This document shows, in pieces, positions 21,900-32,434 of a stretch of 39,293 nt of DNA. A program made the position numbers and the translations under genes. A model generated the notes under the pieces. That model was given only the letters and a program-made list of their open reading frames with translations. It was not told the DNA's origin and made no database searches. Location of the stretch: contig JBKJLC010000100.1 of NCBI GenBank assembly GCA_046597055.1, positions 1 to 39,293 on the forward strand, in the 5' to 3' direction. Position 1 is the first letter of the stretch; each line of letters opens with the position of its first letter. Source of the stretch: Kofleriaceae bacterium. Lineage in GTDB: Bacteria > Myxococcota_A > Polyangia > Haliangiales > Haliangiaceae.

Positions 21900-21954
21900 T
21901 CCGCGAGTGCGGCTGCGAGATTTGTCGCCTATCGTTCGCGGTCCGAGCCTCACG

Positions 21955-22910
21955 ATGGCCCCGCCCACCTTGTACCCGGTCAGCCCCGCGTGGCACCTGC
22001 TGATGCGCGACCTCGGGATCGCGCCCGCGAACGTGCTGCGCCGCGCCGAGGTGGCCGCGGACCTGTTCGCCCGCGAGCAACCGATGATCGGGGCCGACGA
22101 GTACTGCCGCCTGATGTGGGCGCTCGACGCCGAGTCAGACGATCCGAGCCTCGCGATCCGCGTCGGCGAGGCGATGTCGTTCGAGATGTTCGACCCACCG
22201 GTGTTCGCCGCGATGTGCAGCGACAACCTGAACACCGCGCTGTCCCGGCTCAGCCGCTACAAGCGCCTGTGCGCGCCGATCGCGCTGCACGTCACCATCG
22301 GCGCCGACGTGACCCGCGTGGTCGTCGAATGGAGCGGCTGGGAACCCGCAACCCGGTGCGCCCGCGCGCGGTCTGGTGCCGCTACCCGCTCGAGCCCGCC
22401 GCCGAGTACACCGCGTACTTCGGGGTCGCCATCGCCCACGGACCGGAGACGGCCCTCGAGTTCGCCGCCGCCGACGCCACCGCGCCGTTTCTCACCGCGC
22501 AGGCCGGGATGTGGCGCTTCTTCGAGCCCGAGCTGCGGCGCCGGCTCGGCGAGCTGGACACGACCGCGAGCAGCGCCGACCGCGTCCGGTCCGCGCTGCT
22601 CGAGCTGCTGCCGAGCGGACAGGCCGCGGTGCCGGCGGTCGCGAGCAAGCTCGGGCTGAGCGCCCGCACGCTGCAGCGCCGGATGCGAGACGAGGCCACC
22701 AGCTTCCAGCGCGTCCTCGACCTGACCCGCGAGGAGCTCGCGCGTCACTACCTCGGCAGCGAGCTGCCGAGCGCCGAGATCTCGTTCCTGCTGGGCTTCG
22801 AGGATCCGAACTCGTTCGCGCGCGCCTTCCACGAGTGGACCGGAACCACGCCCGAGCGGCTCCGGACCCAGTTGCGCGCGACCCGCCGCGCGGGTGGCGC
22901 GATCGGTTAG
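21955..22910 (+). pseudogene. AraC-family regulator, frameshifted near 22333 (pseudogene or assembly error)
   Basis: N-half FDPPVFAAMCSDNL..ALSRLSRYKRL in one frame; C-half [34 protein letters not shown] in another frame from 22335. Confidence 0.8.
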
Positions 22911-22967
22911 CGCGCTGGCGCGTCTCGCCGTTGCTCGAACGACCTGACCTCGGCGACAGTCGGAGGC

Positions 22968-23480
22968 ATGCAGCATCGCTGGCTCGCCAGCCTGGCCCTG
23001 GCCGCGCTCGGGGTGGCGCCGGCCGTCGCCGCCGCCGAGCGACCCGCCTTTTCGATCGGCGCGCAGCCGGCCTGGTTCGTCACCGCGGGTGTCACCGCCG
23101 GCGGCACGGTCGCGACCGGCGCGCGCGGCGGCTTCGCCGGCGGCGATGTCAGCCTGGTGCGGTTGCGCGAGGCGCGCTTCCTGGGGCTGTACGTCGACGC
23201 CTACTACGACTTCGGCGTCGACGGCACCTACCTGACCGCGGGTCCGGAGGCCGGATGGATCCGGCGGTCGCGGTCGTTCCCGATCGCGCTCGGGATCGAC
23301 GGGGGCGGCGCGGTGCGCCGGACCGACGAGTGGTCCTTCGGCGCGACCGGGCGGGTGTTCGTGACCTTCCTGGGGTTGCTGTCGATCTACGGACGCTACG
23401 CGTACCTCGACGCCGCCGAGGACGATCACGTGGTCCAGGTCGGCCTGACCTTCAAGATGCCCCTGGGGCCGGCGCGATGA
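22968..23480 (+). CDS. Exported protein, probable small outer-membrane beta-barrel
   Basis: Signal peptide (AVAAA), alternating aromatic/Gly beta strands, C-terminal [17 protein letters not shown]. Confidence 0.7.
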   Translation: MQHRWLASLALAALGVAPAVAAAERPAFSIGAQPAWFVTAGVTAGGTVATGARGGFAGGDVSLVRLREARFLGLYVDAYYDFGVDGTYLTAGPEAGWIRRSRSFPIALGIDGGGAVRRTDEWSFGATGRVFVTFLGLLSIYGRYAYLDAAEDDHVVQVGLTFKMPLGPAR

Positions 23481-23941
23481 AGCTCAAGATCAACGGGACC
23501 ACCGCCGAGGTCGATGTCCCCGACGACGTGCCCCTGCTCTGGGTCATCCGCGAAGAGGTCGGGCTCACCGGCACCAAGTTCGGCTGCGGCCGCGCGCTGT
23601 GCGGGTCCTGCACGGTGCTGATCGACGGCAAGGCCAAGCGGTCGTGTGTCACCGCCGTCGGCGACGTGGCGGGCCGGGAGATCACGACGATCGAGGGCCT
23701 GGCCACCGGCGGCGTGCTGCACGCGGTCCAGCAGGCGTGGATCGAGGAGAACGTGCCCCAGTGCGGGTACTGCCAGTGCGGCCAGATCATGAGCGCGGTG
23801 GCGCTGCTGGCGAAGCGGCCGTCGCCGAGCGACGCCGAGATCGACGCGGTGATGTCGGCCAACCTGTGCCGGTGCGGGACCTATCCGCGGATCCGCCGCG
23901 CGATTCGCCGCGCCGTGGAGCTGGCGAAGGTCGTGCCGTGA
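23477..23941 (+). CDS. (2Fe-2S)-binding small subunit, IorA/CoxS-like
   Basis: [36 protein letters not shown] overlap. Confidence 0.93.
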   Translation: MKLKINGTTAEVDVPDDVPLLWVIREEVGLTGTKFGCGRALCGSCTVLIDGKAKRSCVTAVGDVAGREITTIEGLATGGVLHAVQQAWIEENVPQCGYCQCGQIMSAVALLAKRPSPSDAEIDAVMSANLCRCGTYPRIRRAIRRAVELAKVVP

Positions 23942-26196
23942 CGCTGTCGCGGCGCGAGCTGCTGCGCGGCGCGCTCGCCGGCGGCGCGCTGACCCTCGGG
24001 GTGGCGCTGGTGGGGCCCGGCTGTGGCGGCGGACGCGGACGGATGATCCGCCGCGCCGATCAGACCGGCGAGCTGGTGGCCAACGCGTACGTGACCATCC
24101 TGCCGAGCGGCATCGTCGCGCTGGCGGTCCACAAGGCCGAGATCGGGCAGGGGGTGACCACCGCCTACGCGACGCTGGTCGCCGAGGAGCTCGAGGTCGA
24201 ACCGGGCGACATCGACTTCCACTTCGCCGACTCGCTCCCCGAGTTCCGGACCACCGGCGTCGAGGGCGTGCCGCTGTTCGCGATCCACGCCACCGGCGGC
24301 TCGACCAGCGCGGCCGAGGGCTTCCTGCCGCTGCGCCGCGCCGCCGCTGCGGCGCGCCACATGCTGATCGCGGCGGCGGCCGAGGCGTGGGACGTGCCGG
24401 CGCGCGAGTGTGTCGCCCGCGCCGGTCAAGTCCACCACGACGCGAGCGGCCGCGTCGCAGGTTATGGCGAGCTGACCCGGCCGGCGGCGCGCCAGCCGGT
24501 GCCCGACGAGCCGACCCTGAAGCCGCGCGCCGAGCACCGGTTGATCGGCAAGCACGGCGCCCGGGTCGACGCGCGCGCCAAGGTGACCGGCACCGCGAGG
24601 TTCGGGATCGACGTCGTCGTCCCCGGCATGGTGTGCGCCTATCCCATCCACGGTCCGACCTTCGCGGCGCGCCCGCGCGAGGTGCGCGCCGAGGCCGCGC
24701 GGCGCAGTCGCGGCGTGATCGACGTGCTGGCGCTGCCCTGGGGCGTGGCGGTGGTCGCGGACAAGTACTGGCAAGCCCAGCGCGCGGCGCGGCTGGTCGA
24801 GGTCGACTGGCACGATGGCACGACGAAGGGCCTCGACACCGAGGCGCTGGTGCGCGCGGCGCGCGCGGAGCGGGGCGACGGCGGCGCGGTGCGCAGCGAG
24901 GGCGACCCCGGGCGCGAGCTCCGGCGCGCCGAGGCCAGCCACCGGCTCGAGGCGGTCTACGAGGTGCCGTATCTCGCGCACGCGCCGCTCGAGCCGCAGA
25001 ACTGCGTGGTCGCGGTGAACGGCCGCTCCGTCGAGGTGTGGGCGCCGTGCCAGGCGCCGACCGTGATCCAGGAGACCATCGCCGACGCGATCGGCGTGAG
25101 GCTCGAGGACGTCCTGGTCCATTCGACCTACGTGGGCGGCGGGTTCGGCCGGCGCCTGCTCGGCGACTACGCGGCCCAGGCCGCGACGATCGCCCGGAAG
25201 GTCGGCCGCCCGGTGAAGCTCATCTGGTCGCGCGAGAGCGACATGACCCAGGGGTTCTACCGGCCCGCCGCCGTCACGTTCGTGCGCGGCGCGGTCGACC
25301 GGACCGGCCGCGCGGTCGCGCTCACCTACCATTCCCTGTCGCAGCCGATCACCGCCGACTCGGTGGAGTCGCTCCGCGGCGGCCAGCCGACCTGGCTGCC
25401 CCAGCTCGTGCGCGGGTTGACCGCGCAGTGGACGGCGGCGCTCGCCGAAAGCAACACGGCCATCGACACGTTCGCGACCGAGGGCGCCCGCGACACGCCG
25501 TACCGGATCCCCAACCTCCGCATCGCGTACACCCCGGTCGACACCGGGATCCCGGTGGCGTCGTGGCGCTCGGTCGGTCACTCGATCAACGGGTTCGTGA
25601 TCGAGAGCGCGATCGACGAGCTCGCCTACGCGGCGGGGCAGGATCCCTACCAGTTCCGGCTCGCGCACCTCGCCGCGGGGTCGCGCGAGCGTCGCGTGCT
25701 CGAGGCGGTGGCCAAGCTTGCCGGCTGGGGCACGGCCCCACCCGCCGGGCACGCCTGGGGCATCGCCCGGCACACCGCCTTTGGCACCGAGTGCGCCGAG
25801 ATCGCCGAGGTCACGATCGTCGCCGGGCGCATCCGGGTGACTCGCGTCTGGTGCGCGGTCGACTGTGGGCTGGTGATCAACCCGGATCTGGTCAAGGCGC
25901 AGCTGGAGGGTGGGATCATCTTCGGCCTGTCGGCCGCGCTGGACCAGGAGATCACGATGATCGATGGCGTCGTGCAGCAGACCAACTTCGATACCTTTCC
26001 ATCGCTGCGGATGCACGAGTGCCCGCGCATCGCGACGACCATCGCCGACAGCGCCACCGACGATCTGACCGGCGTGGGCGAGCCCGCGGTGCCGCCGATC
26101 GCGCCGGCGGTGGCGAACGCGCTGTTCGCGCTCACCGGTCAGCGCCTGCGCCGGTTGCCGCTCCAGCGCGCCTACGACGAGGCGGTCCGGCGATGA
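23938..26196 (+). CDS. Molybdopterin-binding large subunit, IorB-like (xanthine dehydrogenase family), Tat-exported
   Basis: SRRELL twin-Arg; [43 protein letters not shown]. Confidence 0.92.
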   Translation: MTLSRRELLRGALAGGALTLGVALVGPGCGGGRGRMIRRADQTGELVANAYVTILPSGIVALAVHKAEIGQGVTTAYATLVAEELEVEPGDIDFHFADSLPEFRTTGVEGVPLFAIHATGGSTSAAEGFLPLRRAAAAARHMLIAAAAEAWDVPARECVARAGQVHHDASGRVAGYGELTRPAARQPVPDEPTLKPRAEHRLIGKHGARVDARAKVTGTARFGIDVVVPGMVCAYPIHGPTFAARPREVRAEAARRSRGVIDVLALPWGVAVVADKYWQAQRAARLVEVDWHDGTTKGLDTEALVRAARAERGDGGAVRSEGDPGRELRRAEASHRLEAVYEVPYLAHAPLEPQNCVVAVNGRSVEVWAPCQAPTVIQETIADAIGVRLEDVLVHSTYVGGGFGRRLLGDYAAQAATIARKVGRPVKLIWSRESDMTQGFYRPAAVTFVRGAVDRTGRAVALTYHSLSQPITADSVESLRGGQPTWLPQLVRGLTAQWTAALAESNTAIDTFATEGARDTPYRIPNLRIAYTPVDTGIPVASWRSVGHSINGFVIESAIDELAYAAGQDPYQFRLAHLAAGSRERRVLEAVAKLAGWGTAPPAGHAWGIARHTAFGTECAEIAEVTIVAGRIRVTRVWCAVDCGLVINPDLVKAQLEGGIIFGLSAALDQEITMIDGVVQQTNFDTFPSLRMHECPRIATTIADSATDDLTGVGEPAVPPIAPAVANALFALTGQRLRRLPLQRAYDEAVRR

Positions 26197-26765
26197 GGCG
26201 GGCGGCGTGGTGGTGCACGATCGCTGCGGGCGTGGCGGCGGCCACGGTGGTCGCCCAGGGCGACGATGCGCGGGCGACCTCGCGCGCCGCCGGCGCGCGT
26301 GCCTTCGCCGAGGTCGCCAGGGTCTTGCAGTCACCGCGTTGCCAGAACTGCCACCCGGCGGGCGACCGGCCGCTCCAGACTGACGCGGGCCGGCCGCACG
26401 CGATGAACATCAGCCGGACCAGCGACGCGAGCGGGCTCGCGTGCAGCGCCTGCCACCAGGACCGCAACTCCGAGGCCCTCGGCATCCCGGGCGGTCCGCC
26501 CGGCGCGCCGCACTGGGGATTGCCGCCGGCGGAGACGCCGATGGTGTTCGAGGGCCTGACCGTGCGCGAGCTGTGCCACCAGCTCAAGGACCCGGCGCAG
26601 ACGGGCGGGCGCGATCTCGCGGCGCTGCTGCACCACGTGTCGGAGGATCCGCTGGTGACCTGGGGCTGGAATCCGGGCGGCACGCGGACCCTGCCACCGC
26701 TCACGCATCCGGCGTTCGTCGCCGCGTTCCGGACCTGGGTCGAGTCCGGCGGGGCCTGCCCGTGA
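26193..26765 (+). CDS. Diheme c-type cytochrome associated with IorAB-like oxidoreductase
   Basis: CQNCH and CSACH heme motifs, [16 protein letters not shown]; signal peptide; ATGA overlap. Confidence 0.88.
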   Translation: MRRAAWWCTIAAGVAAATVVAQGDDARATSRAAGARAFAEVARVLQSPRCQNCHPAGDRPLQTDAGRPHAMNISRTSDASGLACSACHQDRNSEALGIPGGPPGAPHWGLPPAETPMVFEGLTVRELCHQLKDPAQTGGRDLAALLHHVSEDPLVTWGWNPGGTRTLPPLTHPAFVAAFRTWVESGGACP

Positions 26766-26880
26766 GCGAGCCCGCCGTCGAAGGGCAGCCCGTCGAAGAT
26801 CACGTGCGGCACCTTGGAGCTCTGCCCTCCGACACGGCGCCTGCGGCGCCGGCTCAGGGCCACCGGGAACGGGAGCGCCT

Positions 26881-26921
26881 TCGATCACATGGACATGGGG
26901 GCGCTCGATCACATGGACATG
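26881..26921. repeat. Perfect 17-bp direct repeat TCGATCACATGGACATG (24-bp period)
   Basis: Copies at 26881-26897 and 26905-26921 in the intergenic region. Confidence 0.85.
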
Positions 26922-27066
26922 AGGACCAGCGGGTGGACGCCCGCCACCGGCCGGCAGCCGACGGCGGCGGGACCTCGAGGTCCCGGCCCACGGCCGGGTT
27001 CACGCGCGATCGGGACCTCCCGGTCCCGCCGGGTGCGCAAGTCCGCGCCACGGCAAGGCTGCCGGC

Positions 27067-27082
27067 TGGCCAGCGAGTTGCT
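27067..27082 (+). promoter_or_regulatory. Sigma54 (-24/-12) promoter
   Basis: TGGCCAGCGAGTTGCT = GG-N10-GC, about 30 nt before an ATG with AGGAGG SD. Confidence 0.65.
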
Positions 27083-27112
27083 CTGGGTTCCCTCGTCCAC
27101 CAGGAGGACCCC

Positions 27113-28159
27113 ATGACCCTTATCGCTAGCCATCCGCTTCGCTTGTCCCTCGTCATCTCCACCGCGCTCCTCGCCGGCGCCGCCTGCAGCGAGCCGCCGG
27201 GCCAGGACGTCGAGAGCGTCTCCGCCGGGCTCGAGCTCGAGAACGGCGGCCTCGACACCGAGGACGAGGCGCCCCAGTTCGACGAGGCGCGCGCGTTCGA
27301 GGCGGCCGCGCTCGAGCATGACGTCGCCGTCACCGACACCCTCGACGCCGACGCCGCGGTGGTCGCCATGCGGGAGCGACCCGACGGCCTGCGGGCCCGG
27401 GTCGCGATCGTGTGGGGCGAGCTGCCGCCCGATCGCACCGGCGACGACACCGTCCACGACTGGAGCGGCAGCCTGGCGCTCAACCGCGGCGCGCTCGTCG
27501 TGCGCCGTCGCATCGGGTTCGAGGAGGGGATGGACCAGGTGGCGCCGCGCACCAACCGGCTGTCGGTCGAGTTCCAGTCGGTCACGCGCCCGTTCGCCGA
27601 TGGCCTGGTGCTCGAGGTCCTCGACGATGCCCCCGGCGCGGTCGAGCCGCTGACCCTCACCTACACCACCCGCGACGGCACCGTCCGGGGCAGCTTCCCG
27701 ATCGTCCAGCTGCTCGCCGGTCCGATCTCGGTCCAGGTCGACGCCGAGAACCGCATCGTCGCCACCGGGCTGCGTCGCGATCAGGACGCCTGTGAGCACG
27801 GCTTCATGCGCGGCCGCTGGCATGCGCTCGCGGCCAACCGCGGCGTGTTCCGCGGGGTCGTGGCCGACGCCGATGGCGCGCCGATCGGCCATCTGCGCGG
27901 CATCTGGGGCACCCGTCGGAGCGGCGAGCCGGTGTTCTTCGCCAAGTACATCAACCGCGGCGGCGAGTTCCGCGGCCTGTTCACGGGCCACTACGCCGAC
28001 GGCAACTTCCGCGGCCGCTGGCTCACCCGCGCCGGCGAGCACGGCCGCGCCGGCGGTCATTACCGCGAGAGCCTGCCGGGCCCCGAGGTGGGCGGTGGCT
28101 TCATCGGCCGCTGGGCCGAGACCTCGTGCGCGGCCGACCTCGCACCCGACGCGCCGTGA
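27113..28159 (+). CDS. Lipoprotein of unknown function with repeated G-x-F-x-G-x-W/Y beta motifs
   Basis: AGGAGG SD; AGAAC lipobox; acidic N-part; C-terminal Cys-bracketed repeat domain. Confidence 0.82.
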   Translation: MTLIASHPLRLSLVISTALLAGAACSEPPGQDVESVSAGLELENGGLDTEDEAPQFDEARAFEAAALEHDVAVTDTLDADAAVVAMRERPDGLRARVAIVWGELPPDRTGDDTVHDWSGSLALNRGALVVRRRIGFEEGMDQVAPRTNRLSVEFQSVTRPFADGLVLEVLDDAPGAVEPLTLTYTTRDGTVRGSFPIVQLLAGPISVQVDAENRIVATGLRRDQDACEHGFMRGRWHALAANRGVFRGVVADADGAPIGHLRGIWGTRRSGEPVFFAKYINRGGEFRGLFTGHYADGNFRGRWLTRAGEHGRAGGHYRESLPGPEVGGGFIGRWAETSCAADLAPDAP

Positions 28160-28174
28160 TCGGCGCTGCGGCGG

Positions 28175-30052
28175 CTATCGTCCGGCGATCCGGACCACCC
28201 AGCCGTCCTCGGCGAGGCCGAGGTAGACCGCGCCGCCGGTGGCGGCGATCCACGCGGTCTGCTCGGTCAGCGGCAAGCGGGCCAGGGTGGTGACGCGGCG
28301 GCCGGGGGGCGCGGCCGGATCGATCGCGAGCACGTGCACGAGCTCGTCGGCGCGGGTCGCGAGCGCGTACAGGCGGCGGTCGTCGGCGACCAGCCGATCG
28401 AGCACCAGGCCGTCGCTCGCCGCCAGCACCACGCTCGGCGCGCTGCCGTTCATGGGCACGCGCGCGACCCCGGACGGCCCCACCACCACGAACAGCGCGC
28501 CGCCGATCGCGGTCAGGCTGTCGCCGAGGCCCTCGTCGGTTGCCTCGTACAGCGCGCGCGCCTCGGCGCCGCCGCGGGTGTGGAAGACCGCGGACGCCCC
28601 GAAGCCGAGGCTCGAGTAGAAGACCGAGGTGCCGTCGACGACCAGCTCGGCGAACGGGGTCCCGCTGCCGGCGCTGCCCCAGTCGGGCTGGTGGAACCCG
28701 GACGCGACGCCGCCGGTGCGCGGCACGGTGCGCACCGCGCCGCCTTCGATCCAGAACACCGCGGCGGCGCCGACGGTCAGCCCGATCGCGTCGGCCGCGG
28801 CGGTGAGTCGGCGCGGCGCGGCGCCCAGGGTGGCGAGGTATATCGCGCCTTCCGCGAGGTAGGCCACCGCGTCGCCGCGCGCGGCGAACCCGTCGATCTG
28901 TGGGGCGGCCGCGACCCGCTGACTGCCGCCCTCGGGGCGCAGGCGCACCACCCGCGCCGACCAGCCCTCGACCGCCACCCGCGCGGCATCGAGCATGTAC
29001 ACGTGGCCCTCGGTCGCGGCCAGGCCGCGCACCGCCAGCCGCGACCACGCCGCCACGGTCGCGGCCCGGTCGTCGGGCCGCGCCAGCCGCCACAGCGCCC
29101 GGCCACCGGTGGCGGGATCCTCGAGCATCACCACCACGCTGTCACCGGCGAGCGCGATCGGCTGGACCGGGGCCGGCCGCCAGCCGTCGTGCATGTTGAA
29201 CAGCCGCGGCTGTCCGGCGCCGACCTCGACCAGGATGCCGCTGCGGGTGCGCACGACCGCGCCGCGGGCATCGGCCGCGAAGCCATCGACCCCCGCCGGC
29301 AGCGCCAGCCGGGGCGGCCCGCCGGTGACCGGCGCCGACTCGACGCCGCCACGGTCCTCGGTGCCCCACACCAGCCGGCGCGCGCGGACCGCCAGCCCGC
29401 GGACGCCGTACTGGACGTCGGCGACCAGGGTGCGCGCGCCGCCCTGCTTGGCGATGCGCCAGATCGCGTGGGGCGCGACGCCGTCGGACCCGGCCACGGC
29501 GTCGTGCTCGGTGATCGCGGCCACGTAGAGCGCGTCGGCGTCGGTCGCGATCGCCGCGATCTGGCGTAGCTCGCCGATGACCAGCCGCGCCGGTCCGCCC
29601 GCGCGCGGGATCAGGCGCACCCGCTGGTCGTCGGCGATCCAGAGCCCGTCGTCGTCGACCGCGACCGCGCCGCCGGTGACCCCGGGCGCGAGCGGGGTCA
29701 CCACGCCGCCGGTGGTGGCGGTCGTGTACACGCCGTCGTCGGTCACGGCGTACAGGATCGCGCGGTGGGCGACCAGCAGCCGCGCCTCGCCGGGCAGCCG
29801 GGCGATCGGGGCGGCGACCGCGCCGAGGCCGCGCCGCCACAGCTGACGATCTTCGGACCAGTACGCCGCCTCGCCATCGGCGGTGAACACCCCGACGTCC
29901 CCGGCCGAGAGCTGGACCGCGGCGGCGCCCGCGACCGTCGGGGCGGACCGCGGCGCGGACCCGGCGCCGGTCCGGCACCCGACCAGCCCGACCGCGACCA
30001 CCGCGACCAGGCTCCACGTCGATCCCCGGCCCCGGCGCGGCGGCGTGCGCAT
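28175..30052 (-). CDS. Lipoprotein, probable double beta-propeller
   Basis: LVGC lipobox; repeated 'IA(T/V)D...LY/VFW....I.R(I/V)P..GG' blade motifs. Confidence 0.72.
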   Translation of the reverse strand: MRTPPRRGRGSTWSLVAVVAVGLVGCRTGAGSAPRSAPTVAGAAAVQLSAGDVGVFTADGEAAYWSEDRQLWRRGLGAVAAPIARLPGEARLLVAHRAILYAVTDDGVYTTATTGGVVTPLAPGVTGGAVAVDDDGLWIADDQRVRLIPRAGGPARLVIGELRQIAAIATDADALYVAAITEHDAVAGSDGVAPHAIWRIAKQGGARTLVADVQYGVRGLAVRARRLVWGTEDRGGVESAPVTGGPPRLALPAGVDGFAADARGAVVRTRSGILVEVGAGQPRLFNMHDGWRPAPVQPIALAGDSVVVMLEDPATGGRALWRLARPDDRAATVAAWSRLAVRGLAATEGHVYMLDAARVAVEGWSARVVRLRPEGGSQRVAAAPQIDGFAARGDAVAYLAEGAIYLATLGAAPRRLTAAADAIGLTVGAAAVFWIEGGAVRTVPRTGGVASGFHQPDWGSAGSGTPFAELVVDGTSVFYSSLGFGASAVFHTRGGAEARALYEATDEGLGDSLTAIGGALFVVVGPSGVARVPMNGSAPSVVLAASDGLVLDRLVADDRRLYALATRADELVHVLAIDPAAPPGRRVTTLARLPLTEQTAWIAATGGAVYLGLAEDGWVVRIAGR

Positions 30053-30059
30053 GGCGATG

Positions 30060-30089
30060 ATGGTACCCGGGTCCCTCGGCGGGTACAGT
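30060..30089. promoter_or_regulatory. Back-to-back -10 boxes (TACCAT on minus, TACAGT on plus)
   Basis: ATGGTA 30060-30065 and TACAGT 30084-30089, 18 nt apart, in a 46-bp divergent gap. Confidence 0.6.
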
Positions 30090-30098
30090 CCCGACGCG

Positions 30099-30965
30099 AT
30101 GCCACGCAGGTTGACCTCGGTCCTCGGTAACGGTCAGCGCCTCGACGGTGGCGCGATGTTCGGCAACGCGCCGCGCGCGCTGTGGGAGCGCTGGATCGCG
30201 CCCGACGATCGCCACCGCATCCCGCTGGCCTGCCGCTGCCTGCTGGTGCGCGACGGCGACCGTCACCTCCTGTTCGAGACCGGCATCGGCGCGTTCTTCG
30301 CGCCGGCGATGCGCGAGCGCTTCGGCGTGGTCGAGGCGCGCCACGTCCTCCTCGACGAGCTGGCCGCGGTCGGGGTCGCGCCGGCCGACATCGACGTGGT
30401 GGTCCTGTCGCACCTGCACTTCGATCATGCCGGCGGCGCGCTGACCGCGTGGCGCGCGGACGAGCCGCCGGCGCTGGTGTTCCCGCGGGCGCACTGGGTG
30501 GTCGGCGCCGACGCCTGGGCCCGCGCGATCGCGCCGCACGTCCGCGACCGCGCCTCGTTCATTCCGGAGTTGCCGGCGCTGCTCGAGGCGACCGGGCGGC
30601 TCGAGCGCGTGACCGGTGACACCAGCGCCGTGCTCGGCGCGGGCTACCGGTTCCATCACAGCGAGGGCCACACCCCGGGCCTGCTGCTCGCCGAGATCGC
30701 CATGCCGGCCGGGCCGGTGGTGTTCGCCGCCGACCTCATCCCGGGCGCGCCCTGGGTGCACGTCCCGATCACGATGGGCTACGACCGCTACCCCGAGCGG
30801 CTGGTCGACGAAAAAGCGGCGCTGCTCGCCGACCTGCTCGCGCGCCGCGGCCGCCTGTTCTTCACCCACGATCCGGACGTCGCGATGGGCACGGTGACGC
30901 GCGACGACAAAGGCCGCTTCCAGGTGAGCGATCCGCAGGCGACCGTGCGCGAGGTGGCGGCGTGA
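30099..30965 (+). CDS. MBL-fold metallo-hydrolase (YtnP-like)
   Basis: [45 protein letters not shown]. Confidence 0.9.
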   Translation: MPRRLTSVLGNGQRLDGGAMFGNAPRALWERWIAPDDRHRIPLACRCLLVRDGDRHLLFETGIGAFFAPAMRERFGVVEARHVLLDELAAVGVAPADIDVVVLSHLHFDHAGGALTAWRADEPPALVFPRAHWVVGADAWARAIAPHVRDRASFIPELPALLEATGRLERVTGDTSAVLGAGYRFHHSEGHTPGLLLAEIAMPAGPVVFAADLIPGAPWVHVPITMGYDRYPERLVDEKAALLADLLARRGRLFFTHDPDVAMGTVTRDDKGRFQVSDPQATVREVAA

Positions 30966-32359
30966 ACCGGCTGCTGGCCGGCGCCGTGCTGGCAGTGGCC
31001 GGGGTCGGCTGTGGCAGCGACCCGATCCCGCCGCGGACCACGCCGCTGTGGTCCGACGGCAGCCACCTGCGCGACGAGCGCGGGCGGATCGCGCTCCTGC
31101 GCGGGATCAACGCGCGGGTCGAGGGCGTGTTCGACGTGACCTTCGCCGACGGCCGCATCCCGCTCGAGGACATCCCCGCGCTCACCGCCGACGACTGTCG
31201 CCGGATGCGCGCGCTCGGCCTGGATCTGCTGCGGCTGCCCATCAACTGGAGCGGGGTCGAGCCCGAGCGCGACCGCTTCGACGAGGCCTACCTCGACCGG
31301 GTCGACGCCGCGGTTCAGTGCGCCGCCGACGCCGGCCTGCTCGTGATCGTCGATCTCCACGAGGACGCCTACTCCAAGGAGATCGGCGAGGACGGCGCGC
31401 CGCTGTGGGCGATCGTGCCGCCACCCGAGATGTTGCTGCAGGGTCCGCTCGACGATCTGGGCGAGCGGCGGACCTCGGCCCAGACCCTGCGCGCGTTCGA
31501 CAGCTTCTTCGCGCTCGGTGATCCGCACGGCCTGCAGGCGGAGTTCGGCGCGATGCTCGAGCACGTCGCGCGGCGCTGGGCTGACGATCCGGCCGTGATC
31601 GGCTTCGAGCTGTTCAACGAGCCGGTCGTGGGCTTCGCCCTGGTCGACGCCTTCAACGTCGAGGCGGCGGCCGCGGTCCGCCGCGGCGCGCCCAGCAAGC
31701 TGATCTTCTTTGAGCCGTCGGCGATCCGCAACTTCTCCGACAGCGTGCCGACCGCGCAGGCGCCGTTCCCGATCGAGGGTGCGGTCTACTCGCCGCACGT
31801 CTACACGTTCGTCTTCTCGGCCGATCGCGGTCCGCTCGAGCGCCTGCAGGCCAGCGATCTCGAGCCCAGCATCGCCGCGGCCCGGTTCGAGGGCAACGCC
31901 TGGAAGACGCCGCTGTTCATTGGCGAGTTCGGCCTCGGCCCGAGCGATCCCAACGCCGATCTGTGGATGGGCGTGCAGAGCGAGCTGCACGACAAGTACC
32001 TCGCCAGCAACGCCTTCTGGGTGTGGAAGGAGGCCAGCCAGGGCGCGTGGGGCGTGTACGGCTGGGACGGCGTGACCTGGACCGAGCGCCCGCAGGTGGT
32101 CGCGTGGATCTCGCGCATCCACGCCGCGCGCATCGCGGGCGAGGTCGTGACCAACCAGTGGGACCGCACCCGCCGCGACCTGCGCCTCGAGGTCAGGCCC
32201 GGCTCGACCGACGGCGCGCCCCACGTCGTCTACGTGCCGGAGGTCGCGGCGGCGAGCTTCACGCTCGACTGCGACGGCCGCGCGCTGATTGCCGCTCGCG
32301 ATGCGACCACTGGCCTGATCGAGGTCGTGTGTGACGGCGTGCTGCGGGTTTTTCCGTGA
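30962..32359 (+). CDS. GH5 endoglycoceramidase-like glycoside hydrolase, lipoprotein
   Basis: [33 protein letters not shown] (acid/base), YSPHVY, FIGEFG (nucleophile); GVGC lipobox; GTGA overlap. Confidence 0.85.
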   Translation: MNRLLAGAVLAVAGVGCGSDPIPPRTTPLWSDGSHLRDERGRIALLRGINARVEGVFDVTFADGRIPLEDIPALTADDCRRMRALGLDLLRLPINWSGVEPERDRFDEAYLDRVDAAVQCAADAGLLVIVDLHEDAYSKEIGEDGAPLWAIVPPPEMLLQGPLDDLGERRTSAQTLRAFDSFFALGDPHGLQAEFGAMLEHVARRWADDPAVIGFELFNEPVVGFALVDAFNVEAAAAVRRGAPSKLIFFEPSAIRNFSDSVPTAQAPFPIEGAVYSPHVYTFVFSADRGPLERLQASDLEPSIAAARFEGNAWKTPLFIGEFGLGPSDPNADLWMGVQSELHDKYLASNAFWVWKEASQGAWGVYGWDGVTWTERPQVVAWISRIHAARIAGEVVTNQWDRTRRDLRLEVRPGSTDGAPHVVYVPEVAAASFTLDCDGRALIAARDATTGLIEVVCDGVLRVFP

Positions 32360-32400
32360 GCGCCGCGGCGACCTGGCGATCTCCTGGCTGAAACCGCGAG

Positions 32401-32428
32401 TTGACTGGGCGGTGTATGCGCGTAGATT
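32401..32428 (+). promoter_or_regulatory. Sigma70-type promoter TTGACT-N16-TAGATT, 6 nt before ATG (leaderless)
   Basis: -35 at 32401-32406, -10 at 32423-32428, ATG 32435, no SD. Confidence 0.65.
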
Positions 32429-32434
32429 CCGCCG

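Noticed and set aside
18987..22910. 1307-aa ORF
   Set aside because: Arg/Ala/Gly-rich off-frame shadow of the kinase-ATPase; only the last ~190 aa are real (AraC C-half)
26814..27116. Small ORF with DHMDM x2 (metal-binding-like), or PHVHVIE x2 on the minus strand (HUH-like)
   Set aside because: Both are translations of the 17-bp repeat; surrounding residues are not protein-like, with no convincing start or codon bias
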